Origin: Octopus vulgaris
Taxonomy: Eukaryota
DNA: 64,000 bases
NCBI GenBank assembly: GCA_951406725.2
Contig: OX597821.1
Coordinates: 87,482,001-87,546,000, forward strand
Direction of reading: 5' to 3'
The notes beneath the pieces are model-generated. The model was not told the DNA's origin. It was given only the letters and a program-made list of their open reading frames with translations, and did no database searches. Below are positions 49,585 through 63,990 of this stretch, piece after piece (the stretch's first letter is position 1; each line of letters starts with the position of its first letter). The translations under genes and the position numbers were made by a program.

Positions 49585-49722
49585 TCAACAAGTACTTATT
49601 TTATCGACCCTAAAAGGATGAAAGTCGACGTCGCTGAAATTTGATCCCAGAACGTAAGGAATCGGAAGAAATGCCGCTAAGCATTTCGTCCAGCGCAGTA
49701 AAGATTCAACCATTTCACCGCC
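49585..49722 (-). mobile_element. SINE family B fragment
   Basis: GTACTTATTTTATCGACCC..GGATGAAAGTCGAC..CAGAACGTA..GCATTTCGTCC. Confidence 0.7.
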
Positions 49723-49787
49723 TTTCAATGCTGCCGCTGCTGCAACTACTACTACTACTACTATTGCTTCTGCTGCTGCTGCTGCTG

Positions 49788-49823
<36 letters not shown>

Positions 49824-50419
49824 TCATGAAGAACAACAACAGCCATAACAACAGGAACAATAATAATGATGGTGATGATGATGATGATGATGATAACAAT
49901 AATAATAATAATGATGACAATGATAATGATAATGATAATGATGATTTATTTTATTAGCCACGGGGGCATTGATGAAGGGGACAGGAGCACAAAACATCAA
50001 TTTTCAGACGAGGAATAAGCCGATGCCATCGACGCCCCAAGTTGAATGGACGACTGTATACAAAAAGGCCCAGTTTACGCAAGAATTTAATTCTTGCTAT
50101 GAACACTGAGGTCATATGTGGAAGTACAGTACTATGCTGGCATTTTTAAATGGATTAAGACTGAGGTTAAAGAGATAGACGACAGAACAGAAAATATGAC
50201 GGCCGTACGAGGCATTACACCAGCAATAATGTAAATCAGCTATACCTGAAACACATGAAAAGGTCTGATGAGCGTGATGGGTGGTTATTGCAACCAGTTT
50301 CGTCAGAAACGGTTCACGAAAAATGGGCCTATGAAGAAGAGTTTAGCAGTCGATTTTCTGTGGTAAAAAGAAGTATTAGTTACAAACTCATTGCATGGCC
50401 AATTTGATTGGCTAACATC

Positions 50420-50870
50420 GGAGACAAACAGCGGTTTCAGATTTAGACACAAGGCCAGCAATTTCAGGTGAAGGTGTGAGTCGATTAGATTGATCCCCGT
50501 GCTCAATTGATGCTTATTTTATCAACCTTGAAGGATGAAAGGCAAAGTCGACCTTGGCGGAATTAGAACTCCGAACGTAAAGACGGACAAAATATTGCTA
50601 AGCTTTTTGCCAAGCGTGCTAAAAATCCTGCCAGTTCGCCGCCTTATTTTGAGATGAATAATCATTTCTTCCACAGGCACAAGGCCTGGATTTTTGTGGA
50701 GTGAGTGGGTGGTTGGTTGGTGGAAATCGATTACATCGACCCCAGTTCTCAAATAGTACGAAAGAATGAAAGGCAAAGTCGACCTTTTCTTTTGCCTTTC
50801 ATCATTTCGGGGTCGATAAATTAAGTACCAGTTGCGTACTGTGGCCGATGTGATTGATTGTCCCCATCCA
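50420..50870. mobile_element. Cluster of family B SINE fragments on both strands
   Basis: GGATGAAAGGCAAAGTCGACC (minus) twice, then TTTGCCTTTCATCATTTCGGGGTCGAT (plus). Confidence 0.75.
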
Positions 50871-51242
50871 AACAAAGAAACAAAACCAAAAGAAATTTGA
50901 GATAAATAGTGAAATGTGTTGGGATTGACTTTCCTTCAGGAGTCTGAAGGGGAAAACTAAAACAACACTAATATCAGAGGTTAACGTTTGGATATTAAGC
51001 CAGTCATTAAAAGTATACATCGTCTTGGTGAAAGTGAGAACCCTTCATCTTTGTGAAATCAGTGCCAAGTTTGTCACCAACACAGAGAAAGTGAATGCAA
51101 AATTATTAGGAACATAAAAGAAGGCTACACGAAATCTACCTGTATCTTTTACTGGTTACCGTGTAAATGGTATGGATATTAAGTATCTGATAATGGTGGT
51201 AGCAGATTCTAGAGAATGTTCTTGATGGTATAAGCAAGATTT

Positions 51243-51660
51243 GAAGACGGCGAGTTGGTAGAAGCGTTAGCACGCCGGGCGAAATGCTTAGCGGTATTTC
51301 GTCTGCCGCTACGTTCTGAGTTCAAATTCCGCCGAGGTCGACTTTGCCTTTCATCCTTTCAGGGTCGATTAAATAAGTACCAGTTACGCACTGGAGTCAA
51401 TATAATCGACTTAATCCGTTTGTCTGTCCTTGTTTGTCCTCTCTGTGTTTAGTCCCTTGTGAGTAGTAAAGAAATAGGTATTTCGTCTGCCATTACGTTC
51501 TGAGTTCAAATTCCGCCGAGGTCGGCTTTGCCTTTCATCCTTTCGGGGTCGATAAATTAAGTACCATTTACGCACTAGTGTCGATATAATCGACTTAATC
51601 TGTTTGTCTGTCCTTGTTTGTCCTCTCTGTGTTTAGTCCCTTGTGGGTAGTAAAGAAATA
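51243..51660 (+). mobile_element. SINE family B with duplicated body and 13-bp TSD
   Basis: GGTATAAGCAAGA at 51227-51239 and 51661-51673; second body starts ~51478. Confidence 0.92.
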
Positions 51661-52333
51661 GGTATAAGCAAGACTTCGATGTTTTGGAAGCTCACTATTC
51701 AAACGAACCGCACACAATTAGCCTGATATTATACTAGAATATATTATATCGAAACCGGAGGAATGATAAACAAACCCAATCCCAGCAGAATTCGAACGCA
51801 GAGTGTAAGCATGAAACTAAAAACTATCAAAGTAAAGCAGAATTATCAATGTTTGTTATTTTTGTTGTTGTTATTGCAACTCCACTCTGATCGCTGCCCC
51901 ACCACTTCTTTCTGAGACAAGAACAAACAATAATAATAGCGACAAAAGAAATGATAATACATTAAGAATAAGAAGAATAAAGTGAGATAAATTCATTAAT
52001 ATACTTTTCAATTATGGTTTAAGTAAAACAACAAAGAAATGGAATATAACAATGATAAAAAGACGTAAAACAGACAACAAGTTAATAGGAATAAATAAAA
52101 ACGTGTTTCCTTTAGCTTTCGTTATTATTTGTTTCACGTAAAAACAAAGAGACGAAAAGGAAACGGGTAATCTTCTTTTATTATCTTCAAGATTTTCTTT
52201 GAGAGTTTTTTATTTTTATTTTTATGAAGATGTGGTGTGTGAATACGTTAGCTGGATGTAGTGGTGGGGTGGGGGGTGGATGCGTACTTATTTATGTGTG
52301 AGTATTATATTTATTTTATGTAATATCATATGC

Positions 52334-52334
<1 letters not shown>

Positions 52335-52375
<41 letters not shown>

Positions 52376-52483
52376 CACACACATATATATATACATACAT
52401 ACGTGTGTGCTAATAATGTATATAATGTATATAGCTTTGGAATGTAGTTATGTGGACGTGTGAGGATGTACATATGTGTGAGT

Positions 52484-52547
<64 letters not shown>

Positions 52548-52734
52548 ATACGTGTATATATATGTATATATATGTGTGTGTGCATATGTATTTTTGTATA
52601 TATATATATATGTATGTGTACGTGTATATATATGTATATCTGTGTATGTATGTATGTATATATGTATGTATATATGTATATGTATATATATATGTGTAAA
52701 TGTATATATATATGTGTGTGTGTATATATATGTG

Positions 52735-52800
<66 letters not shown>
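52335..52800. repeat. (TA)n/(TG)n compound microsatellite
   Basis: Direct reading; similar tracts at 53220-53290, 53695-54050, 54425-54560 (TCTA), 55030-55540. Confidence 0.9.
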
Positions 52801-52802
<2 letters not shown>

Positions 52803-53217
52803 ACACACCGCAACGCACAGCCATATAACACCTACACATCCAAGCTATACACCTCATTCGTTTCATTATTTTGCCGGGTCTCAATATTAATACACTTAAA
52901 TATATCCTTTTCTGCATCATTAGAAGAAAAACACATAAAGTAAGGCAAAGAACGACTGGAGAAGGATGTAGGGTGGTTTTTGTTTATTTTCATCCCCTCT
53001 TCTTCCCTTCTTACGTTTCCACGCCCCCCCCATCAACCTTGTTCCTTCTCATCTCCCCCACCCCTCCTTTTTCATCCTCCATCTTTCCTCACATCATTAA
53101 CTGCAATGAAGAAACTTAGGTAACTGAAACCTTTCAGGTTGGGTTGCTTTGGTTGAGAAGGTGAGAGGGTGAGAGATAGAAAGGTTGAGCAGATGTGAAT
53201 ACCTTTGTGTCTATATA

Positions 53218-53291
<74 letters not shown>

Positions 53292-53690
53292 AGAGAGAGA
53301 GTAGCAGAGTATGCTTTGTACGTGAGTGTGAATATTTAAATGAATGCGCATGAGTGAATATATATGCGTGAGTATATATGTAATCACGTGTGTACGTACG
53401 ATTATGCATGTGTACGTTGAATGTATGCGATTGTATATGTTTCTAAGTATTTGTAAAGGTAAAAAAACTTTTCGTTTGCCCAGCAAAATACCACTTCGTC
53501 ATCTCTTTCTTCGACCACGTAGTCTTCTGTACAGGATTTATTGGCGTAGAGGTATGTGCGTGAATTAGTGAGAGCGTGTATACAGCCACCCCTATTTCAC
53601 TAACTACCTCCAGAACTAACGCCACCTCATAAATTTTATATATCCCATTTCTCTTTGTGTGAGTCTGTGTGTGTGCATATAAGTACGTAC

Positions 53691-53773
<83 letters not shown>

Positions 53774-53908
53774 GTACAGACACTTCTGACTGACGTTCAC
53801 CCGCCACCACTTCGTCTCAGTTATCGACCTCACCTTTGGTGTTCAAGGTGCGTGTGTTTGTGTGCGAATCTTACCGGTGTCTTTGTATACGCATGTGTGC
53901 GCCTTTGT

Positions 53909-54034
<126 letters not shown>

Positions 54035-54425
54035 ATATATATGTATGTAGTGTGAATGTGAGCGTGTGGGTTTCAGTATAAAAAGATGGTTTACAATATA
54101 TCACATAGCAGTGATTGTGGTGGTGAATAAGATGAAGACTTCTTAAGACTAGAAAAAATATTTTTTTTGTCTTTTTTTTTTAGGGAACCAAAATGCAATA
54201 TGATACGTCATATTACACGTATTTTCTTTGCTTATCTTTATTTCAATCTTTTTTTTTTTCAATTCCCTCTCTATTATTTTTGTTTCTTGGTGAATGCGTG
54301 CGAGTATTTAACTAGCTGTTTATTTATTTGTCTGTAGTTATCTGTTTTCACCAATCAATCAATCAATAACTGTATCAATACGTCTCTCTCCCTCTCTCTT
54401 TCTATTCCTATCACTATCTAAATCC

Positions 54426-54516
<91 letters not shown>

Positions 54517-54517
54517 A

Positions 54518-54562
<45 letters not shown>

Positions 54563-55072
54563 ATTTACTGTTGAAATACTTGTTTATCTACCTTAATATA
54601 TGTACAGAATTCGATATATATATATATATATATATATATCCTTCAATCACTGTCATTGGTAAGATATAAAGACACTGTACATATTCGCATTATTTGCCTC
54701 CTTACTCTCTCTCTCTCTCTCTCTCCCTCTGCACACTATCAATCTTTCTCTGCATCTCTCTCTCTCCTTACTCTTCATTTTATTCTCCCTCACGCTCTTT
54801 GTAGGCTTTTTGCTTTTCTTCTTCCCTCTTTTCTCCTTCTCTTCCCTCTTGAATACATAATGCTTTATTTATTTAACTATATATTTATACACATTCATAT
54901 ATATATAGAAATATTACTTACGAATCTGTCTGTCTGTCTGTCTGTCTCTCTCTCCCTCTCACTCCCTCTCTCTCTAACTCTCCCCATCTCTCTCTTTCTC
55001 TCTGTGTGTCTCTCGCTCTCTGTATAAGCATACATATATATATACATACATTGATAGATATAGAATATAGAT

Positions 55073-55133
<61 letters not shown>

Positions 55134-55217
55134 TATATATTCAATATCTTTCTTTCTTTCTTTCTTTCTTTTTTTTTCTCTCTCTCTTTCTCTTTCTCCC
55201 TACCTCTCTCTCTCTTG

Positions 55218-55259
<42 letters not shown>

Positions 55260-55451
55260 GTAAATAATTATAATAGTATTTTATAAGCTTAAACCATCGC
55301 ATATATATATATATATATGTATATATATACATGCTGGATGTTTTTTTGTCCCTTTTTGTATCACCTAGTTGTCCGGATGTTTTGCGTTTTTGTCCCATTT
55401 ATATATATGTATTTTATATATATATATATATATAATACATACATACATACA

Positions 55452-55524
<73 letters not shown>

Positions 55525-55763
55525 ATACATACAAACATACTTTAACTGTACGGTGTATTAGCATTTTGTATATAGTTCGATATACCAGAATATACTTAAA
55601 ATATACTTTGCAGCTGGCAGACGGAACAGATTCGATTTTGGCGGCAGTTTTAGTGATGGTTGTGTTGGCGGAGAAAGTGCGTATGGAAGAATGACGTCTC
55701 TGTGTTTTGTAGGGAGTACAAACACATCGAAATTCTTGATGATATTGATTAAGAAGGTATAAA

Positions 55764-55965
55764 GCGGTGAGCTAGCAGAATCGTTGGCTATCCGGGCTAA
55801 ATGCTCAGCGGCATTTCATTCGACTTCATGTTCTGAGTTTAAACGAGGTCGACTTTGCCTTTCATCCTTTCTAGGTCGATAACGTAAGTACCAGTTGAAT
55901 ACTGGGGCAGACGTAATCGACTTACCTCCAGAACGTGCTGCCCTTATGCCAAAACTGGGAACCAA
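55764..55965 (+). mobile_element. Diverged SINE family B
   Basis: GGTGAGCTAGCAGAATCGTT..GAGGTCGACTTTGCCTTTCATCC. Confidence 0.75.
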
Positions 55966-56104
55966 TGTTGATTAAGGAGGTGAAGTGATCAAAAATTTCA
56001 GGTAACTAACTACGTGTACTTCCGCTGTCAGCTCAAGTCCCTTTTAGACATTTCATTATCTTAAGGCTATATAGATTGATATCTATATTTATACTTTTAG
56101 ACAT

Positions 56105-56293
56105 AGTGTGGCTGCGTGGTAAGAAGTTTGCTCCCCAACCACACGATTCTGGGTTCAGTCTCATTACGTGGCACCTTGGGCAAGTATCTTTTACAATAGC
56201 CGCGGTCTGACCAAAACCTTGTGAGTAGATCTGGTAGACCAAAACTGAAAGAAGCCTGTCGTGTGTATGTATATGTGTCTGTTTGTGTGTGTA
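56105..56293 (+). mobile_element. SINE family A, 5' half ending at the Tc1 insertion
   Basis: GTGGCTGCGTGGTAAG..CACCTTGGGCAAGT..GAAAGAAGCCTGTCG(TG)n. Confidence 0.8.
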
Positions 56294-56295
56294 TA

Positions 56296-57513
56296 CAGGG
56301 GATAGACAAAATAATGGAAACACCTTAAAATTTCAAACAAATTTATTTTAATATGGACTCGTACGAAGTTTGAATTATTTCGAAAGGAATTTTTGTCCAT
56401 TCTTCAGCTAAAACAATCACCAGTTCTTGTAGTGATGATGGTGGAGGATATCGACTCCTTACTTGTTTTTCTAAAATGTACCATAAATGTTCAATAATAT
56501 TGAGATCTGGGGACTGTGGTGGCCAGATAAGATGTTCAACTTCACTAGAATGTTCTTCGTGCCATTCATTAACAACTTTAGCTGTGTGAATTGGTACATT
56601 ATCATCCTGACAGATTGCGTTTCCCTCCGGAAACCATAGGATAAATTTGATCAAATAAAATGCTTAAATAGTCTTGACTATTAATTCTGCCGTGAAGGGA
56701 AACCACTGGGCCAGCGGATTTCCAAGATATAGCCCTCCCAGATCACAGATGCTCTTCCATGTTTAACAGTTGAAAGAAGGCAGTCTGGGTTAAATGCTTC
56801 TTTTGGCTGTCTTCACACGTATACTTGACCGTTGGTCGGAAATAAGGTAAAGGATGACTCGTCCCAGAAAATAACATTCTTCCACTGCTCTAAGGACCAA
56901 CTCTGTAAGTTTTTACTTCACTCTAAATGCTTTCAAACGTTTGGTTTTGAAAGTTGTGGTTTTCTGATTGCAACCCATCCGTAAAACCCATCTGGTTTTG
57001 TACGGCTTCCGGCGAATAGTCTTTGTAGAAACTGGGTTCCCCAGGTTGTCATTAAGCTCTGCAGTAATTTTTGGGACCTGTACGTTTGTGATCCTTTCTA
57101 ACAATTCGCGAAATTGTCCCACGGTCCCCATCTGGAAAACTTTGGTTTTCTTCTGGAGTTTTGTTTCGACGAGGAGGTTTTTTTCCTTCTTTCTCAAAGG
57201 CTGTCCTTACTTTCAAGACAATACTTCTTGATACATCAGACATTTCGGCTGTTTCCTTACGCTAGCGCCTGCTATACTAGCATCAACAATTTGACCTTTT
57301 TGAAAGTCCGATAGATCTGTCATTTTAATGAATTTTAATTACCTTTTCCTGATGATATCTGAAAAGAAACTGCGATTTTAGCAAAACATATTAAGCAACA
57401 CTTTTAATAAATAAAAAAAGCATAAGATTAAACTAGTTTTTGACGGTTTTATAGATATTTCAAAATTATGATGCTATGATACTAGGTGTTTCCATTATTT
57501 TGTCCAAACCCTG
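56296..57513 (-). mobile_element. Full-length decayed Tc1-family (DD34E) transposon
   Basis: TA-flanked TIRs CAGGGGATAGACAAAATAATGGAAACACC / GGTGTTTCCATTATTTTGTCCAAACCCTG; ATG 57323 MTDLSDFQKGQIV; FWDESSFTLF, QDDNVPIH, WPPQSPDLNIIEHLW; frameshifted. Confidence 0.95.
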
Positions 57514-57514
57514 T

Positions 57515-57742
57515 ATAATAGTATTTATGTAAGCTAAAACCTTATAGCGATCACCATGCAATGACTAAGGAAAATAGCCTAATAATGGTGCACATAAGCT
57601 CTCGACAGGGTTCGCGTCCCACCCGGATGGGAAAGCCTACTTTTTTTTCTGTCGAGGGCTTATATGTCCCATTATTAGACTATTCTCCGTAGTCATTGCA
57701 CAGAGATCGCTATAAGCTTTAAACTTATATAAATACCATTAT
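57515..57742. mobile_element. MITE-like imperfect palindrome, ~93-bp arms
   Basis: CTTATAGCGATC..TGCAATGACTA..TAATAATGG..ATAAGCTCTCGACAG versus CTGTCGAGGGCTTAT..CCATTATTA..TAGTCATTGCA..GATCGCTATAAG. Confidence 0.75.
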
Positions 57743-57870
57743 TATTACTTACAGGATTGTAAAACTCGGTACCCTATAACAAAGCCATTCGCACCGAAAT
57801 ATATATATATATAAACATTATTGGTGAATTGAAGAAATGGAGTGAACGCAGATTGAACAGAAATCGTTTT

Positions 57871-57962
57871 ATTTCATTCTACACGTGTTTCGAAAGGCAC
57901 AAATTACCAAATTCCGATTGAATAATGGGACCATATTGTGTCTTTCTCTTCAGGAAGAAAAT
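57871..57962 (-). ncRNA. Type I hammerhead ribozyme (mirror copy)
   Basis: Reverse complement of 58124-58215. Confidence 0.8.
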
Positions 57963-58123
57963 AGGAAATCCGTTGGAAAAACAAAAACAGAACAGAGGCG
58001 GAGCAAAAACAAATCGAACTATGCTCCTAAGAGCCCATGGTTTCGCCATGGGCTCTTAGGAGCATAGTTCGATTTGTTTTTGCTCCGCCTCTGTTCTGTT
58101 TTTGTTTTTCCAACGGATTTCCT

Positions 58124-58215
58124 ATTTTCTTCCTGAAGAGAAAGACACAATATGGTCCCATTATTCAATCGGAATTTGGTAATTTGTGCCTTTCGAAACA
58201 CGTGTAGAATGAAAT
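58124..58215 (+). ncRNA. Type I hammerhead ribozyme (predicted cleavage after 58206)
   Basis: AUUUUCUUC-CUGAAGA-GAAAGACACAA...UUGUGCCUUUC-GAAA-C-ACGU-GUA^GAAUGAAAU; stem I 8/9, stem II 10/11 pairs. Confidence 0.8.
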
Positions 58216-58586
58216 AAAACGATTTCTGTTCAATCTGCGTTCAGCTCCATTTCTTCAATTCACCAATAATGTTTTAATTTCAATTATCCGCACCAACGCA
58301 CGGTTGCAACACCATATGGTTGTACCTCCAACCGTGCTGTTTACTGCTGTGATTTTTGCTACTAAGGTATCGGTTAAACTTTTGATTAATCTACTACAAG
58401 ATTATTCATCTTTCTATTTCACATAATATATATATATATAGATATATATGTTGATAAAAATGGTAAGACAACAAAAGAATGAAAGAGACCTCGATATTAT
58501 GCAAATAGAGGAATTTATGTGACAATCATTCGGTAGCCAATATATATATATATACAAACATATATTTATGTATATATATATACATA

Positions 58587-59445
58587 CAGGGTGCGGTGAA
58601 TAAACTATTGTCTAAATTACGCAAAAATGAAGATAACACTGACATCTCATTTTAAGAGATATATTTATCAAAATTGCATAAAGATATCTTGAAATACTAA
58701 AGAGTAAATTTATTCAATAAAATCCTCATTGGCTTCAACCACGGACTCCTGACAACTTCGGAATTTCCTGCGACTCTTCTGGACGGTCTCCCTGTTTAAG
58801 TTGGTGAATGCTGCCATAATCCGTGCCTTCAGTCCAACTTTGGTGTTACAAGGAGTTTTGTTGTTCTCTCGCTCAACTGCGCCCCACACATGTTAAAGTG
58901 TGTTGCAGCCTGGGGAGTTAGGTGGTCAAATGTTAGATAGTTATTGTCTGATAGTCATGACTGGGTTCTCCTGCGTGCGTGACATGGTGCAGTGTTCTTT
59001 TGCCAGACATAGGGTCTTCCAGCAGCCATCCTCTTGACCCAGGGCAGTACTATCTCCCCCAGGCACTTGATGCAAACTTCCGTGTTGAGTGAGAGGCAGT
59101 GTAGGAAGATGAATGGAGCCATAAAATGATCATTCCAAACACCATGATGATGACGAGTTGTTTGAGTTTTATCACTCTCTCTTATTGTCCTCGTATTGCA
59201 CCGTCCTCAGATCGATACCCAAACTCTCAAAATGTTAGTATTGGAGTTTTCGGCGCGAATGCCAAGCAGTGCAGCATGTCGTTTTCAAATGTTTAGCTGA
59301 GTGAATTGCATCATGGTGCTGTTTTTCTCACAGACGGTGCCCAACTGACCCTACTATATAGTGTAGTCGACGAAATCAAAAACAAACAATGCGCGTGCGC
59401 GAAATTAAAAGTATAAAATGGCAGCAACTTACCTATCGCACCCTG
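58587..59445 (-). mobile_element. Internally deleted Tc1/mariner-superfamily element, maT (DD37D)-like
   Basis: TA-flanked TIRs CAGGGTGCGGTG / ATCGCACCCTG; WQKNTAPCH..PPNSPGCNTL..VWGAVERENNKTPCNTK..LKARIMAAF..VVEANEDFIE*. Confidence 0.8.
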
Positions 59446-59474
59446 TATATATAAATTACAACCTGCTTTTATAG

Positions 59475-59661
59475 CTACGTTCTGAGTTCAAATTCGTCTT
59501 GAAAGCAAATATGATCGTTTTTCTTCTAGCGAGGTCGACTTTGCTTTTCATCCTTTCGGGGTCGATTAAATAAGCACCAGTTACGCCTGGGGTCGACATA
59601 ATCGACTTAATCCCTTTGTATGTCCTTTTTTGTCCCTTCTATGTTTAGCCCTTGTGGGCAA
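59475..59661 (+). mobile_element. SINE family B, 3' part
   Basis: TACGTTCTGAGTTCAAATTC..GAGGTCGACTTTGC..TAGCCCTTGTGGGCAA. Confidence 0.8.
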
Positions 59662-60119
59662 TTGGTGACAATGATGATGAAGACGACAATGTGAGGACGA
59701 GGACGAAGGCGAACGACAATGATGACGAGGATGATGAAGATAATAATAACGACGATGATGATGCTAAGTTGGTGGTGGAGGTGGTAGTGACAGTGGTGGT
59801 GGTGACGATGACGATGATAATGATTACGATGATGATGAAGATTTTGATGATCTCGGTGATAATGATGATATTACTAATGATGGCGGCGGTGATGCTGAAG
59901 ATGTTTCTACTTGCTGCCGCTGCTGCTGGTACTGCTGTTACTGGGGCCGCTGCTGCTGATGATGATGGTGATGGTGATGATAGTGACGATGACGACGACG
60001 ACGGAGACGGCGGTGATAACTTTGATGATGAAGGTGATGGAACTGAAAGTCAGATAATGATGATTTGCGCCGGTGTGTTGTGGCAAAGATTATGAATATA
60101 TTGCTACTGTTGATAACGC

Positions 60120-60137
60120 TGATGTTGATGATGATGG

Positions 60138-60170
<33 letters not shown>

Positions 60171-60249
60171 GGATGATGGTGATGATGATGATGATAATGG
60201 TGATGATGGTGAGGATGATGATGATGATGATGATGATGACGACGACGAC

Positions 60250-60296
<47 letters not shown>

Positions 60297-60371
60297 CGAT
60301 GATGATGGTGATGATGGTGAGGATGATGATGATGATGATGATGATGGTGGTGGTGATGATGGTGATGATGA

Positions 60372-60405
<34 letters not shown>

Positions 60406-60414
60406 GGTGATGAA

Positions 60415-60507
<93 letters not shown>

Positions 60508-60525
60508 GGTGACGACTATGATAAT
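60120..60525. repeat. (GAT)n/(GGT)n microsatellite; degenerate flank from 59665
   Basis: Direct reading. Confidence 0.95.
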
Positions 60526-60944
60526 GAAACTAAACAACGTATCCCAAAACATTTTCTGAAGAAGTTTTTGTTTTTAACACAAGAAGTTTATACAGAAAAA
60601 TCAGCAAAGAATTTGTTTTATATTTCATCTATTTTTTTTTCTAAACTATTGAGTTCTATTTTAGCATTTCTTTATCTTTATTACAACATTTTTTTTCTTC
60701 TTCTTCTTCTTCTTCTTCTTCTCGTTCGTGTCGTTTTCGATCAATAAATATTTTATTCTCTTTTCGTGAAGTTTGGCAATTAGTTAAAAATACTCCGGAG
60801 GATATTATTCAAATGGAAAAAGAAAAAAAAGAAGAAGAAAAGACTTAAGCAAGATTTGTTTTTCCTTTGTATAGTAGCAAAATTAATGAGTTTATGTTAA
60901 GCACGATATATATAGTAGCAAAATTAATGAGTTTATGTTAAGCA

Positions 60945-61622
<678 letters not shown>

Positions 61623-62437
61623 TTTAGTGGTCAGCACACAATGAAGAAATACGAGAAGGTAACTCACGAATGCAAGTAGGGACTGTCGGTGGGCTGGCAG
61701 CTCAGTGCATGGAGAGACAATTGCATACCAGTCATTGTAGGGAATCGCAGGTTCAAGTTGAAGAGGCTTGGAATCTGGTTCGAGCCAAAACATCGAAGGA
61801 GATAAGAATTGGGACGGAGTTAAGAGGAGCTAACGAATCTCACTCAGAAAAATAATGAGAAAAAAAAAGTTAACTCTAAAACGCCGATAGAAATGGTGAA
61901 CACATATATCAATTCTCTCATTTATCATCGACTGCTTGTCGTGTCTAGTCCAAGTTTTAAGCTGTCCAAACCGGAACGTCAATTGTTTCTCATTTTCTTT
62001 TGGGAAAGAGTGCGTACCTCTACACGAATGCCCTATCCGATGCCAACGACTTTAGCACAAAAATCTCGATATGCTTCGTGTGGGACGATGTGTAGACAAG
62101 CCCTAAGGTTGTGGTATCTACACAGATGCTTGACAAGCAAGTGAGTGCGGTTTAGGCTTGTCAAGAACTCGTCCCTTTCATGGTGTTACAACCAACTGAA
62201 GACTAAGATTAATCGCCGGCTTCTGGAATATTACCAGGTGCTAACAGTTCTCTACCATCAAGGTAATGATGTGAGTAGTACCCCGTTCTCAGAATTCTCT
62301 TGTATTAGCGATAAGCAAAATCCACGAAACCTTGAAGTTCTCCAGTGACTCTAGGCGTTGATGGACACCAAGTAAATAGTCTATGGACAATTTCTAGAAA
62401 TCTCCGACTAGTTTAATGATCCTTGATCTTTGACTGT

Positions 62438-62622
62438 TTCTTTACCTCCTCTCGGACACATTTTTGGGTCAGCTGGGTCCGAGATATATATCAAAGGCAG
62501 ATTTTCGTCCCAGTCCTCGAACAATGATGATGATGATGCTTCTTTGCCTCCTCTCGGACACATTTTTTGGTCAGCTGGGTCCGAGACATATATCAAAGGC
62601 AGATTTTCGTCCCAGTCCTCGA
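62438..62622 (+). repeat. Two-copy tandem repeat (~82-bp unit, ~102-bp period)
   Basis: CCTCCTCTCGGACACATTTTT..CAGCTGGGTCCGAGA..GTCCCAGTCCTCGA twice. Confidence 0.9.
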
Positions 62623-62839
62623 GAATTATATCTAAGAATTTGGTTTAATTGGCTTTTTCAGTTAGAAACCATGCCTCGAAAATAATGTAGTAAGGTCCGT
62701 GTGTGATATTGTGTATTCGTTTCATATTGTATATAACTTGGCTGTGTCGAGATATTACTCAACCGATTTAATCCTGTCTGTGCACGTATTTAGATATGAC
62801 CAGGACTGAGTAACCGGAAATGATGCTGTCTTATTGTGG

Positions 62840-63178
62840 TTTCTACTCTTTTGCTTGTTTTAGTCATTGGATTGTTGCCATGCTGAGGAACGACCATGAA
62901 GGGTTTAGTTGAAAACATGGTTGGTAGTACTTACTCTTTTAAGTTTGATACGTACTTATTCTATCGGTCTCATTTGCCGAACTGCTAAATTACGGGGAGG
63001 TAAACACACGTACACATACGACGAGCTTCTTTCAGTTCCGTCCACCAAATCCACCAAATCCACTGAGAAGGATTTGGTCGACTCGAAGCTACAGTAGATG
63101 ATACTTGCTCAGGGTGCCACACACTGCGACTGAACCCGGAACCAAAGGCTGGGAAAAAAACTTCTTAGGACACAGCCG
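62840..63178 (-). mobile_element. Diverged SINE family A
   Basis: TACTCTTTTGCTTGTTTTAGTCATTGG..GTACTTATTCTATCGGTC..GACTGAACCCGGAACC. Confidence 0.75.
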
Positions 63179-63249
63179 GGCTTAGGCTGTATTTCTAAGT
63201 GTAGTGTTTCAGTTTAATTTTAAAAATCTAGATTGCTGTAACCACCGAC

Positions 63250-63730
63250 AGGATCTGTTTCGTGATCGGAATAAAGGATCACGTCTTGGAATATATAGGT
63301 TTGGTTGCACATTGTCAGGCATGTGTTTCCATAAATGACGCTTACAGACCTCTGTTGATGGACAATTGCGGTCCCTAAAATATCCACCCTTGCATTTTAG
63401 AAAGGATTAACGAAGAATATGAGGGACAATGACCTGGGGACACTCTGGACGTTGAAGAGGATGTGCAGTGTGCGGCTTTTTGAAGGGGGCTCTTAAAGCA
63501 GGGATTATTGATAATTGACAAATATCCTTGGCTTAGCAGTGACTACGAGATGGTCAGATATGTTAATACTTACAGCCGGACGTGACCGAAATACTGAGAA
63601 AATGGCGAAACTGTTTGGATACGTATTCGTTCAGTGTCCGCCGGTTCTCGGTCCATGGAATTATGTTGAGCGGCTGCAATCAGATGCGGTAGGAATCTCG
63701 CTGTTATCTGAAATCAGTTGTGAAGATCAG
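63250..63730 (+). mobile_element. Possible L1/Tx1-clade ORF2 C-terminal remnant
   Basis: IIDN*QISLA*Q and NGETV / VFVQCPPVLGPWNYVERL resemble the ET..H.F..CP...W zinc-knuckle region; very decayed. Confidence 0.4.
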
Positions 63731-63823
63731 GGAGGTGGAATCGATAAAATATGCGGCAGAAAGCAATGGGGTCTAATTAATCAAATGTGCATGATATTTG
63801 TGCTTACACGTGAATTCATTTCT

Positions 63824-63990
<167 letters not shown>

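Larger units (their letters stand above)
50045..51740 (+). mobile_element. R4/Dong-like LINE remnant interrupted by several family B SINEs
   Basis: KNLILAMNT../VQYYAGIFKWIKTEVKEIDDRT../NVNQLYLK (50070-50260); WD*LSFRSLKGKTKTTLI..YWLPCKWYGY..ILENVLDG (50915-51230); MFWKLTIQTNR after the SINE (51661-51740). Confidence 0.5.
57813..58274. repeat. Near-perfect palindrome (228-bp arms, 5-nt spacer) of an HHR-bearing pLTR-like unit extending to ~58425
   Basis: Centre CCATGG-tttcg-CCATGG at 58035-58051; one 1-nt indel seen between arms; (TA)n flanks. Confidence 0.92.

Noticed and set aside
57885-58201. Mirror 60-aa ORFs
   Set aside because: By-product of the palindrome; GTG start, no recognisable domain.
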